Assembly (NCBI GenBank): GCA_963693365.1
Contig: CAVNZM010000010.1
Span: forward strand, 3,348,001 to 3,412,000
Source of the DNA: Amoebidium appalachense
Taxonomy: Eukaryota > Protista > Ichthyosporea
Reading direction: 5' to 3'
Length of the DNA stretch: 64,000 bases
Below the pieces are notes generated by a model that did not search any database, was not told the origin of the DNA, and saw only the letters and a program-made list of their open reading frames with translations. The position numbers were made by a program, and so were the translations under genes. Positions 1 through 13,651 of this stretch are shown here, in pieces (within the stretch, counting starts at the first letter, position 1; the number at the start of each line of letters is the position of its first letter).

Positions 1-445
1 AACCGCCTGAGAAAGAAGAACGGTGGGGGGAAATGTTTGGGGAAAGCAGCGGGGGGAGAGGGGGAGAGAGAGAGGGAGAGAGGGAGAGAGAACGAGAGGG
101 AGATAGAGAGGGAGGGGGGGGGGGTCGGGGGTATTTGTAAAATTACATCCCAAACGTCTTATCACCAACAGAGCAAACACCACCCATCCATGGACATACA
201 GCGCATTCCTGCAGAACGTTTGGTGAGATCGTTTTTTCTTCTTCTCTCTCTTTTTTTTTGTGGGGGGGGGGGGGGGGGGGGGGGCTGCGAGTCACCTAAA
301 ATGTTAGTACAAATGAATGAGCATCTGAGTTGGACTTTGTATACGAGGTAAATGGGTCAAAGTGCGGGTACTGTGGATGGGAGGGGGGGGGGGGGGGGGG
401 GGGGGCTAAGAGGAAAGGAAGTTTCTACCTCTCCCCACCCTCTGC

Positions 446-478
<33 letters not shown>

Positions 479-617
479 ACCCCCGTACCAACCCCAACAC
501 CCCCACCCCCTCGATCACCCCCCCCCCCCCCCTGGGGGGGGGGGGGGGGGAGGGGGGGGCACCCTCCCCCTTCCACTGCCTTACGCCCCATCCCATCTCT
601 CCCTTCCTTTCTCTCTC

Positions 618-676
<59 letters not shown>

Positions 677-1011
677 GGGGGGGGGGGGGGGGGGGGGCAA
701 CCATATTGTCAACAGGGATTTCTTCTTTACAGCACGGGGTGCATCCTTTTTTTGGCAGAGTTTTACAAATTCTGGTGGCAGCCTGTCTGCAACATTTTCT
801 GGTGGGGGAAAATGGATAAATAAGTAGATAGATTAGTACATGAATAGACTGATAATAACAAAAACAAAACAATAAACGAACAGATACATTAATAATTGAA
901 AAAGCACAGCAAAAGCATGGGAGAAAGAGTACGTGAAGAGGGATGGGACGCACGCACGCACGCCCACACGCACGCACGCACACACACGTGCATGCACGCA
1001 CACACACACAT

Positions 1012-1058
<47 letters not shown>

Positions 1059-1307
1059 GCACACACATACGCACGCACGCACGCACACACACACAGCCTC
1101 CATCCCAAACTGATCTTTTATCTGCCCTATCCACACCATCAAGAACTGGTACCACAACCACATCGAGAGAGAGAGAGAGAGAGAGAGACAGAGAAAGGGA
1201 GAGAGAGGGAGAGAGAGGGAGAGAGAGAGGGGGGGGGGAGAGGGATGGATGGAGGGAGGGAGGGAGGGAGGGAGGGAGGGAGGGAGGGAGGGAGGGAGGG
1301 AGGGAGG

Positions 1308-1342
<35 letters not shown>

Positions 1343-1911
1343 GGGGGAAGACAAACACGTTGCGTACACGTCCATGCAGCCACACACACACACGTGCACT
1401 CTACATATGAACAAGTGTGTGTTCGTATCCAAAATCCTTCGGGGGCACACGCGATGGTACCTGCAGACGCATGCACAATCAACATGCACAGGCTCATGCG
1501 CCCACTCCCCCAGTCCCTCCCCCCTCCCCCCTCCCCCCCTCGGAAACAGGGGGGGAAAGTTGGAAGAAAGGGCGGGGGAAGTACCCATTTGACAGCTCAT
1601 GATCTGCATCGCAATGCCCCCCGTCCCTCCCCCCCCCCCCCCCCCTCCCCCAACACACACACACACACACACACACACGTTATCATATCACTCCCACCTT
1701 CAAACCCCTCCCCGTCATCAACCCTCCCTTGGGGTAACAAAAACCTCCTCCTCCTCCTACCCCGCCGCCTCCCCCACACCGCCAGCCCCGTACCACCTTC
1801 AGGCACATATATATCCCAATTTATATCCCCTCCATCTCAACCCCCTCCTCCCCCCTCCCCCCTCCCCCCACAACACACACACACATACACCCTACCAGCA
1901 CCCCCGCTGCA

Positions 1912-1975
<64 letters not shown>

Positions 1976-2830
1976 ATAATTGCTTTTACACCCACCTTCT
2001 TTCTTGCCCAGAGCGGACACCCGGTTGAAGGTGGCAAGAATGAGATACAGGGACACCACACTGTGACATGCTTCCATCAGTCCGAGTCCGAAATGGAAAA
2101 AAGCATTACAAAGGAAAACGTTTCCGTTAATGCTCGCAATCAATGCATGATGGTGGGTGTGTGTACACTCTTTGTAGCCAGGCAACGTCATCCGGAGCCG
2201 CCGTTCTAAAACTACTTGCTCCAATACCTGTTCTCCTTTTTCTTACAGCAAGAGTGCACACCGTAAGGTTGCTGATCCTTCCCTACCAGTAGACGCCTGC
2301 AATACTATGTCCAAGGCGAATATGAGATGGGGGGTTGGGGGTGGGGTGGGATTCCGGGAGAGGGGGGGGGGGGGGGGGGGAGGGCGAGGGTGGGAGGGGG
2401 GGGAAGGGGGTGGGGGTAGGGAGGAAGTGTGGAGCGGGAGGCGGGGGGGAGGGGGGGGGGGGAGGGAAGGGGGGGAAGGGGGGTTACGACAAAATGTGTG
2501 GCCACCGTCACGATGCATGAGAGGGGACGGGGGGGGGGGGGGGGGGGGGGAGCGGGGAGGGTGGGGGGGGGGGGAGCGGGAGGGGAGGGGGGAGGGCGGG
2601 GGGAGGGGCGGGAGGGGGCGGAGTGTTGAGAGTGCAGCGTGGGGGGAGGGAAGGGAGGGAGGGGTTGGGGGTGGGGGCTTAGGTTGAAGTGGCGATGAAA
2701 AGGGAGGGGGGGAGGGGGCGGGGAAGGGGGGGGGGGGGGGGGGGGGGGGGGGGATGGAGAGGCAAGGAACTTACGCAAGCAGAAACACGAGGGTGGTGTT
2801 CCCTTCGTTATCGTACTCGAAGCTCGCCAT
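1..2830 (-). CDS. SEC63: Sec63 translocon subunit, 5' part (gene runs off the left edge)
   Basis: Phase-consistent GT-AG exons 2830-2775, 2060-1996, 798-702 and 208-~147 (last donor uncertain; next acceptor at 8-7). They give MASFEYDNEGNTTLVFLLAVVSLYLILATFNRVSALGKKEENVADRLPPEFVKLCQKKDAPRAVKKKSLLTIWNALYVHGWVVFALLVIR. The F-x-Y-D-x-x-G-N-T start, TM1 and GW-containing TM2 match the Sec63 N-terminus; the J-domain would lie outside the window. Confidence 0.8.
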
Positions 2831-3300
2831 CCTTGCTGGAAGGCGATGATGATGCCTATGCGCCTCCTACGAACTATCAGTTGACCAGCACGCTATTAAA
2901 CGGTTTCACCAAGCAGAAAGGAAAAATTCTTGAAAATAGTTTGGCTAAACTATTATTAGCACCGGGTTTGAATAGCTGTGATTCGACACCCCCCTTTAGA
3001 ACTCTCCTACCAAATCATATTTTAGTACAAGTGTCTTTTCTACCTATCGACCTTTATAGCTGCTAGGCACTTACGCTATGAAAGCTAATGATGCCTAAAA
3101 ACTCTCTTGAAGTAAAAACATCACAAACTACACGTGTCCAAAAACAACCGTTCCCACCCGCGTGCTTGAATTATGTTCGTGTGGTTGCCAAGGGGATAAG
3201 ATCGCGAGTATCATAAATTTTCGCGCCATCTGTCTGCGATTAGTCTAAGGCACGTAGCTCTGGAGGGTGGGGGGGGCCAGAAGACGGCCTGCGCCCCATC

Positions 3301-5850
3301 ATGAGCGAGGCGGCCGTGGCGGAAAGAGTTCGACGATTTTCAGGGTACTGCGCTGCGCACTTTGTTTCGTACTCGGTTTGTGCCTCCCTTAATCAGTATG
3401 TTTGGATTGTCGTCTGCTGTTTGTCGTATGGAGGAGTTGTCTCTTCGTTTTTGTTTTCATTTAGTTAGGATACCTGATGGTCACCCTCTTTATGCTTTCT
3501 TTCCCCCCCCTCCCTCCATCCCTCTTCCCCCCCGATTCACCAACGCCACTTCTGCATCCCTCTTTCAACCTGATTCTTCCTCTCGCTATCTCACTCCCTC
3601 TTTCTTTTCTCTTCCTGTTTTTTCTGCCTTTTCGCGTTATTACCATACGCAGTGTAAGTTTCTTTCTCGTTCTGATACAGAAATCAAAGGTAAAACTCAG
3701 CCGGCATGTGTTATGTTCCTTAGTAGGCAACACCGTACTGATCATTATCGCTTTTTGGGAGCTTTAAATTTCTCCTGCTGTACGTATGGATACCACCCTA
3801 GTAGATAAGTCTGTATGGTGCTCTGATGTTGATATTGCCTGGGAAGTTGTGCAGTGGCGCTGTAATTCTTGTTTTCATCGCCGCTGGTGCCACTTTTGTG
3901 CTGAACTTTTTAATCGCAAGCATGTTGAGTAGGTGTGAGTCTTTATGTCGCGTTTTACCTCTTTCCCTACGGGTGTCTGCTACACTAGCTGGCAATGTGA
4001 ACACTTTTAGACTTTTTGTTGAATTCTGTTGGTCGTCACATTGAGTATTTATATGATTTTCACACAGTGTTCAGGTATCTCAGTATGCACTTGTTACTGG
4101 ATAACTCGTGGAGTTTTTATTGTCTTCTCAGTAGTGCATACTTGCATATCTTTCCGTCGAATAAATCCAGTCAAAACTTAATTATAAGAAAAAAAATCTG
4201 CACATGTTCAGGAGCCGAAATTTGAAAATTCGGCGATCTGCATCATGAATGGCTATCCTTCAAATGATTATTCAGCTAAATAGATCTTCATGTTATTGGC
4301 CAATCTAAAAAGTTCTTAGATCAGACTTTAGATCCTCAGTGTATGTTTCTGAGTTTCCGAGGCTGTGTGTTCTGCAGAGAGCTGTGCCTCTCACTCTCAC
4401 CACGAGGGCCGCGGCGCCGTGCTTCACAGCTGCAGAGGACTACAATAGCTTGCATCACGCGTACCACAACTGTACATGCAGTGGTGTTCAACAAGAGTTC
4501 AAGTAGGCGGCCTATGCACAAGTAATATCCCATACCCTACTGTTTTCCAACTCGCACGTGACTCCCTACGCTAGCCCCCTAGGCCTACTCACCCAGTGGC
4601 CCAGGCCGGGGCCTCAGCACGTGTATGGTCACGGTACACACATACAGTAAGAATACAAATACATACGGTCATGTATACACGCCGGACGAATACACCACAC
4701 CACCACGGCTACATGTATAGTTGGTCTCCCTGTAGAGCGTAGCCAACCATCACCATGTGTGTAGCAAGCTGAACCTGTGGAAATGTCATTTGGGAAGGCT
4801 CAGACATGCGCACCCAACTTCCCCACGCGGAGTAGGACCATTAGCGTCCCCATCCTGCGGCTCCACAATGATGGTCTCACCCAAACATCCGATCTGATAG
4901 ACCCGGTGCACGGTAATGTTTCTGAGGAAGAAGGAAAAGGAGGGAAAACTATCAAGACGAATAGTAGTGGCGGGGTGTCTGTGGTCGGCTCAAAGAGTTT
5001 ATCTTCCCGTCTAGGTCTTGAACAGATTAACTCCAGTAGCATGAGCATCAGCGGTAGGAAAGAAGATTCAAAACTGAAAGTAAGAGATGCACCCACGACG
5101 AGTCCAGCCAGTACACAGGGAAAAAGTGCTGCCTTTATGGAGTCTTTGTGCACAAGTTGGGCGGCTGGCATCATCTGGGTGGTAGATAATCTGTGCTGGT
5201 CGGACGAAGTGATCGCACTTGTATTCTTCTACGCCTATCTAGCCTTCAGCGCTGTTTGCCGAAGCATGGAGCCGGCCTCAACCGAGTACCACACAAAGAA
5301 ATCCCATAACTCCGTTCCGTTATCGGCTCTACCTCCTGAAACTACGCAGCAACAAAAACACAACAAGAGCAGCGAACAATGTACTCCCCTCACGACGAAG
5401 AAGAGGAGAGAAAGTGCAACATCTTTTCTGAATCAACTATCATCATCACCAAAACCGAAGCGCAGCCTGCTTTCTCATCTAGTGGGTGAACCATCAACAG
5501 ACACGGACAAACCGAGCTCACCAACCATTCATGTTCGCACGCGCCGCGTTAGTGTAGGTGCCGTCATGCATTGTGTCGAAGAGGAATTATCAAAACCATA
5601 CGCCAGCCACGACCTAATGGCAAAGGCGCGCAGTGCGCCTACCTCCCCAGATGCAGGAATCCTTCGAAAAGCGGCCATGGGGAAAGCGCCCATAGTTACA
5701 TCAATGACTACATCCACGCCAAACCCTCCCATAAAAACGAGATGTCATGCGGGCAGTTTCACCAAACAGACCAGTGACATACCTGAAATAACGCACTGCC
5801 ACCAGAACAGGCTCGAGATATCTCAGTCTATACACGTGCTCAACGTGTGA
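3301..5850 (+). CDS. Hypothetical ~445 aa Ser/Thr-rich protein with one central hydrophobic segment
   Basis: Exons 3301-3344, 4378-4521, 4583-4646 and 4765-5850 chain in phase. The last exon is a 1086-nt open frame in non-repetitive DNA. RRxS motifs (RRFS, RRAS, RRES, RRVS) and hydrophobic VIALVFFYAYLAFSAV. The three small exons are less certain than the large one. Confidence 0.6.
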
Positions 5851-6353
5851 TGTTTATGATTCTTATGTGGCTAGTGATGAAGTGAATTTAGCAATTTCTG
5901 CCGGCGCAGAACAGGGATCCGTGTGCGAGGAAACTACGTGTAACTTTCATGCTATGGCTGTATAGCTAGGTATGAGCCTACATATAAGGGCGTTCCAACA
6001 CGAAATTAAGGGTTGGTGTGTCATAGAGAGAAGCTCGGCTGTGACAGCTATTATTTTATTAGGCGGCCACTACACGGTGACTATGAAATCCAGCAAATTC
6101 TTAAAGGGAAGAAACACTGAGGGGTGGCTGTAATTGTGCACATTTGAGCAAGCACACATGCACGTAAGTTGATAACCTGCTTCCACCCACCTACCCATAA
6201 TCTTGCAACCGTGTGGGGATGTGTCCATGTAGCACAAGGTATGTGCTAGCTTGATCTGAATGTGTGTTGGTTGTGATGGTGATGTAAGGGCAAGAGCGGC
6301 GCTGGAGGGGTTGGAAAAGGACGAGGAGAAGGGGTGGAGAAGGTGGCGGGGAA

Positions 6354-6395
<42 letters not shown>

Positions 6396-6868
6396 GGGGG
6401 GGGGTTTTGGGGGGGGGGGGGGGAGGGGGGGGGGGTGAGAGGGGAAGTAAGTGTACTTTCCCATGCAGGCCCCAAACTCGCTCTGAGATCCGTCTTGGAG
6501 ATGCTTTTTCTCCAAACCTTTCTGCCCGGGATTTCGGCCAAAAACCAGGCGCAAAGCAAATGAGTGAGTAGTTATACATACATAAATATGCCTCATCTGC
6601 AGTAATGTCCTCATTTTTTACTAGAAGCAAACTTTTAAAAATATATGTAATCCGCTGGGATTAGTAAGCGTTGAGTAAAAGGTTGCGTTTTTTTCTGAGG
6701 CTTTGACTGGTCACCAGAATGGCCTTCAACTGACTCATCACGTTTGACAGAAAAATATGCTGTTGTATGTATGCTCTACGCTTCATTTGATTGGTGGAAA
6801 AGCACGACAGTCTGGACACAATGATAGTTAACGAATAGGAATAGCGTAAACAATCAACAATCCTTCCT

Positions 6869-6900
6869 ATTGGTGTAAAAAATCTGCACAGGGTATATAA
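6869..6900 (+). promoter_or_regulatory. Inverted CCAAT box plus TATA box upstream of GST copy 1
   Basis: ATTGG at 6869 and TATATAA at 6894. The same two motifs, with the same 25-nt offset, lie upstream of GST copy 2 (19077, 19102) although surrounding sequence has diverged. Confidence 0.6.
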
Positions 6901-7090
6901 CACCCAACGCGCCTGCTCTTGCATAGTTCATTTATGCTTGGCACGAAAGGGAGAACAGCTTTCGTTTTCTAGAAATTTAGGGCCGCCTTCGAGAAACGTA
7001 AAAGAGCAATTGTGTTATAGGGGCGACACAGCGCTCAAGGTATTAAGAAACATATTTACTTTTGAGGCAAAAAAGATACTTTCTGCCAAA

Positions 7091-7306
7091 ATGGCGACCC
7101 CCCCAGCACCTACAAACCAAGACCGCATTCAGCTCTACTCACTGCGCACACCAAACGGACAAAAGGTGGCCATCATGCTTGAAGGTGTGTGTACGTGTGT
7201 GTTTGTACGTGTGTGTTAGACTGTGTGCGTGTGCGCGCGTGTGCGCTCGTGTGTGTATGTGCATGTGTGTGAAGAGGCTGTCGGTACAAGCTAAGCCTGA
7301 TTGTTT

Positions 7307-7343
<37 letters not shown>

Positions 7344-8808
7344 TCCCTCATTTATCGATTTGGGTTGTAATCCTGCTCGCCTGAAACTTGTGCATCTCAC
7401 TGACGGGGAAAAAAGAATGAAAAAGCCCCCTTCCCCCCCGTCCCCGCCCCCCCCCCCCCCCCCCCCCCATCCCCCCCCCCCGCCTTTCCCCCCAAAATGA
7501 AAAAGCCCCCCCTCCCCCCCCCTCTCCCCTTTCCCCCCCTCCCCCCTCCCCCCCCTCTCTGCTCCTTGTTTTCACTCCCTTCATCTATTTTTGGCCATGT
7601 ACTTACGTAGATGTGCACGTCTACTTGCTTATGGGAAGAGAAGGAAAGAAAGAGAGGGAAAGAAAGAAAGAGAGAAGAGAGAGGGATTTCCTTGTATAAA
7701 TACATTGTGAGAAGTCACTGAATCCAGTGCTTTGATTGGCGTCACCCCACCAACCCAACTATGTCGGTAATATGAACCAAGGCATCAGCAGAACGGTAAA
7801 GCAAACAAATAAATAGTAAATAAAAAACTTGTCAGCGTAACTTATTAAACCATCTAAAACGTAGGAATATCCATGTGAACTTACTTGCTTAATCACAGAA
7901 TGTGGGCTCGAGTACGATGCGCACACTGTCAATATTCTTGCCGGGGAGCAGTTCCAAGAGTGGTTCCTGAAGGTACTCCCCCCTCCCCCTTTTTCGGCCA
8001 CTCTCCAACCGCTTCTCCCCCCCCCCCCCTTTTCCTGCCCCTAGGCCTCCCCACCCCTTCTCCTTCACGCCCCCCCCCTTCCCCCCCCCCCCCCCCTCCC
8101 TCCCCTCCCCCCCCCCCCCCCCCCCCTTACCCGCCACCCCCACCCCACCCCATATCCCACGTCCCACACCTCCTCTTACGGAGGATGGTGGTGGATAACG
8201 GTTATGTGGACCACCGTCTTGAAGGTTTCAGAGTTAAACATCTTTTTTACTAGGAGACACCCTCTACTTGCTGCAAGACAGCTCCCCCCTCCCCCTCCCC
8301 CTCTCCCTCCCCCCTTCCCCCTGGCCTCCCTCCCAGCCCCCTTCCACCCGACGCACACACACTCTTACATTCACACGCTGCCACCTGTAGTCCCAGATAA
8401 ACTTTATCTCCCCCCGCATTATCCCCCCCCCCCCCCCCCACCCACCCCTCGGGCTCCCCCCATCCCCACACACCAGTTTCCAGCTTGCCCCCCCATCCCT
8501 CTCCCCCCCCCCCCGACCCCCCCCCCCTCTCTCCCCACCCTGTACCTCTTATCTCTCTTCACCCCATCTTTTTTTTAGCTTCTATCCCATTTTTATGTCT
8601 GCAAACTCACCCACCCCCGTGATCTTGTGCAGGTATCGCCCAATAATAAGATCCCCGCCATCACTGACCCACACGGGCCGGACGGTAAACCCATTGATGT
8701 GTTCGAGACAGGTAACCCACCTCCCCCTCCCCCCCCCCCCCCCCGCGCCCCCTCCCTCCCCCCAATACCCTTTTCTCCTTGTCCCTCCCTGACACACGCA
8801 CGCACACA

Positions 8809-8887
<79 letters not shown>

Positions 8888-9456
8888 TTCCTCCCAGCCC
8901 CCCCACTCACACATACACCATCTACCCACCCACCCGCACGCACAGCATCTCTTCCGACTGCCCTTTCTTTGGTCTGCAATCTAAATAGATCCGTGTATTT
9001 TATGGTACTCACTGACATCCCCCCCCCCCCCCCCCCCCCTCCGCCCTCTCTGCAATGGTGTTATCTGTAATGTGGACTTCGTAGCCTACAACACATTCTC
9101 CATTCCCCAAGTAATGTCCCTCATCATTCACCCTCCTCTTCCCCTCCTGCCCTCCACTTCCTCCCCCCTTCACCTCCACCACTGCCACCACCACGCAAGA
9201 AGACACGCACAGACCACCGCACTGCTCTTTCTATCATGCCCTCCTTCTCCCCCCCCCCCCCCCCCCCCCCCGCCTCTCCCCCCCCCCCCACACACAGACA
9301 CACACAACGCACCCTGCACACCGAACACATTCATCCACATACACTTGTACACAGAGGCTCTGTACGCTCGGGTGCGAGTCATCCCCACACACTCAAACAC
9401 CTACACAGACCTAGTCTCAGTGACGCACACCCCCTTCTCTTCACACCTCCCTCTCT

Positions 9457-9506
<50 letters not shown>

Positions 9507-9865
9507 CCCCTCCTCTCCCCCCCCCCCCCCCCCTTCTTTCTGTCTTCTCTCTCTCTGCCCCCCTCCCCCTCCCCATCATTACCATCACCACCACCACCTG
9601 TGGTCTATCTCTCTCCCGTCCCCCCCCCCCCCCCCCCCTCCCCCTGTCCCCAGCACCCACCCCCCAAAGAAAAACCGCGTGCAGTGGGTTTTCCTTGAAG
9701 TATCATACTTCCAAACCACTGACTTTGAGCCAATCAACAGGAGCCATTCTTCAGTATTTGGCTGAGAAGACGGGCAAGTTTGGTGGGTCGGACGCAAGGG
9801 CACGTGTGGAGGTCAGCAAGTGGCTCATGTGGCAGATGGGTGGATTCGGCCCAAGTATGTGCATT

Positions 9866-9903
<38 letters not shown>

Positions 9904-11622
9904 CCATGGCAAGGAATAGTCACAGACTTTGCCATGAGCCACTTCACGTGCCATTGGTTGAGTGGGGCAAACACATTTTTGACTGTTAATGTCATTGGTT
10001 CATTTAAAGCTATTGAAGGAAGTCTCATTGTCCGAATCGATTTGCCGGAGTCTCGAATGATTGGATGAATTGAAAGCGCTCTAATCAAATGTGTTTGCCG
10101 GGCTCTTCAATGCAAGTTTTTAATTGGAGCGCCTTCAATTAGGCAATCCGGATTCCAAAACTGATTGGTCATGGGCAAACCTGTAAGGACCATGTGAGCC
10201 TGGAAAGTCTGTGACAATTCCTTGGGATGACACACACAAGCGAAACCATCCCGCTCCTCCCTCCCTCCTCCCCCCCCCCCACCTACCCCCCCCCCCCCCC
10301 CCCCCCCGCCCCCCCACACACACACACAAGAGAACACACACACACACACAGACACACACACACACGGGCACCATAAACGTGAGGGGATGAAGCTGAATGT
10401 TGTCGAATGTGGACTTTCGTGAGTTTTTTTGGGCTCATTTTTCGTGTATCTACGCTGTTCCTTGCCGGTCTTGATTGTTCGTGTATCTACGCTGTTCCTT
10501 GCCGGTCTTGATTGTTTTGGATTCGTACTCGTACAGTGTTTTGCAAACCCCCCCCCCCCCCCTCCCCTCCCCCGCCCCCCTCCTCCTCACCTTCGCCCTC
10601 CCCCACTCTTCCTATCTAATTGGTCTCCTCCTCCACACACCCACCCCATTCCGTTTGTCAACCCCCCGGGGGGGGGGGGGGGGGGGGGGGGGGGAGGGGG
10701 GGGGGGGGTCCTCCCTCGCTCTCTTCTTTTGATCTTCGGGTGTTTGAATTGGGTCCTCCTCACACCCCCCCCCCCACCCCACCCCCTGCCCTTTTTTTTT
10801 TTTTTTTTTTTTTTTGCGCGGGGGGGAGGGGGGGGGGGGGGGGGGGGGAGGGGGGAGGGAGGAAGTTGAGGGGAAAAAAGCAGGGGGAGGGGGGGGAAGG
10901 GGAAGGGGAGGGGAGGGGAGGACGGGAGTGGTGAATGGATGAAAGGTCAGGAGAGGTTTCACGTGACCACACCTGTTGTGTTCATGTGCATTACAACACT
11001 AGTAGCTGACCTGTTATTAGTGTCGGGGAAAAGAAAAAAAAAAACAGTAGCTGACCTGTGGGAATGATTTGCAGTGCTTGGGCAGATGGGCCACTTCCAC
11101 AAGTATGCAAAGGAGGTGGGTCACCTGACAGCTTCCTTAAATGGCAATGGAATGTGCGCATACATGTCTTTGGCAAACGGGGTGTGTGTGTGTGTGCCAA
11201 GGGGGGGGGGGGGGGGGGGGGGAGGGGAGCATACTGTCGTATAGGTGTCTGTAGGTGAAGCTTCTGGTTTGACCATTTCCCAATCTTAAGATATAAAACC
11301 CTGTTAGTTAGTAACTATGGCTACCGCCCAAACAACTATATGCTTTTGTCCCTCCAATATAGCTGTAACATTAGTACTGTTTTCCCTTCTTTATTCTTAA
11401 GACGGTGTAATATCTTTTCAAACAAGTTTAGAAATCATGTTTTCACCAGATGTTTTCCCCCTTTTTTCTGTCGATTAATCATGCGCATTTGTCCCTGTTG
11501 GTTATCGACCAATCATATGCCCCTATCCCTATTTCAGGATATTCCCTATGCCAAGGAGAGATACCTCAATGAAGCAAAGCGCCTGTACGGTGTTCTGGAC
11601 AAGCAGGTTTATAGATCATCCC

Positions 11623-11654
<32 letters not shown>

Positions 11655-12227
11655 ACCAAAACCAACCCCCCTTCAGCCCCCCTGCACTAGCCCCCACCCC
11701 ACCCACCCAGACCCCTTCCCCCGTCCCCCCTGGGTGTGTTCTTATACTAACACACTTATGTGTCCGTCAACTTTCTAGGTTGTATTCCCCCCATCTCCCC
11801 AACTTTCTACCTCATACGCTTGCGCCCAATACGCTCTTGTGAAATGTCGTGCTATTCTTTGAATTCGAACAATCACGGCTTACACAGGACATGCCTATTT
11901 GTGATGGCTGGTGGGGCTTTTTCGGTGGAGTGGGACTAGGCTCACAGAACAAAAAAGAAGGGAGGAAGGGGGAGGGGGGGGGGGGGGTATGGGGGGAGAG
12001 AGAGGATTGATTTTTGATATAACAAACACGGTACAGCGGATGGTGTACATGGCGAATCCTTTCTTAGGTTTTTCAGAATCTGTGATTGTATTTTGACCAG
12101 TACTTGCCTCCTGTTGTCAATCGAGAAAGATTCCGCAAAGGTGAGAATTAAACAATTTGATTTCCTCTGTGCAGGCAAAGGTTCGGCGGTGGTGATGGTG
12201 GTGGTGGTGTTTTTTTTTTTTCTTTTT

Positions 12228-12275
<48 letters not shown>

Positions 12276-12545
12276 AAGAGAGAAAAATACATTATCTGGA
12301 GAGAGGTGGGCTACTGAGCTTGGTAATGATGTTTGGGTGTTGTTACAGCTTCAGGGCAAGGAGTACGTAGTAGGTGGGTAGGGGGTATTATGTAGAAGAG
12401 GGAGAGGTTGGTGTTAAAAAAAAAAAAAAAACAGCTCCAGGGCAAGGAGTATGTTGTTGGGGACGAGTATACGATTGCAGACATGGCCATCTACCCGTGG
12501 CACGTGTGTGTCGACAAGTTCTACGGCCTCAAGGACGTACGTGCC

Positions 12546-12589
<44 letters not shown>

Positions 12590-12950
12590 AACCCCCAACC
12601 CAACCGACCCCGGTGTGGGGTATATTGGTTTTTAGTCTTCTGCAGGTGTATTAGAAAGTAGAAAGAGTATACGGCCCACATCTGGGTGGGTGCTACAATC
12701 TCTTGCTCCGAGCAACTTAATTGATTCACCTTTTGCGCCCCTCCGTTGCCCTCCTTCTCCCCCCCCCCCCCCCCCCCCCCTCTTTCGTCTCACTCGATAA
12801 GTCTAATTTCCTTGCCCCCTTTCCCCTCTCCCCCCCCCCCAACACACACACTTCCTTGCCCCCTTTCCCCTCCCCCCCTCCCCCCCCCCCCCTCAAACAC
12901 ACAAACGTGCGCGCACACACACCCCTCACTCGATCAGCCTAATTTCCTCT

Positions 12951-12981
<31 letters not shown>

Positions 12982-13620
12982 ACACACACAAACACCCCTC
13001 AATCGATCAGCCTAATTGCATATCTGCCTCCCCCTTAATCCACCACTACATACCTTCACCTCACATCCGACTCTCATCCCGCCACCCCTAGCCGAATGAT
13101 TTAGTAAAACACCAACTGCATACAAGCCTACAGTTTAGTGACTGGGCGCAAATGCACACATGATGTCGATTCAACATGCAAAGGCATTCTCACTACTGTA
13201 ACATGCACACTTCGTACAGAAACTTAACTTTCCTGTTTTTCTCTCAACAGGAGATTGGCTCGTTCCCGAATGTTACCCGATGGGCTGAAAGCATTGCGTA
13301 TGTAACCCCCTCACCCCCCCCCCTCCTCCCCCTCCCCCCTCCCCTCCTCCTCCTTTCCCCCCCCCCCCCCCCCCCCCCCTTTTCCCTCTCTCTCGGTCAT
13401 TTGGCACCGCATCCGACCATTGCCACATACATGCATTTGGGGGGGGGGGGGGGGTTGTTTCATTGTTGCTTAAACTTCCCATTTTGCGTGTTGTGTTCAC
13501 CTGGTTGCCTTTTGGTGGTAGTGGTGTTTGTTTGTGATCGCACGTGTGTGTGGTGGCTGTGATGGACTGGTGGTGGTGGTTTGTGTGTGTGTGTTTTGTG
13601 AAAGTGAAAGGTGTGTGTGT

Positions 13621-13651
<31 letters not shown>

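Noticed and set aside
285-370. Possible SEC63 exon (YPHFDPF) with a TACTAAC motif
   Set aside because: It contains stops in the required phase, and the flanking exons join in frame without it.
1095-1165. Exon-like island on the minus strand in SEC63 intron 2
   Set aside because: Including it breaks the frame; exons 2 and 3 join cleanly without it.
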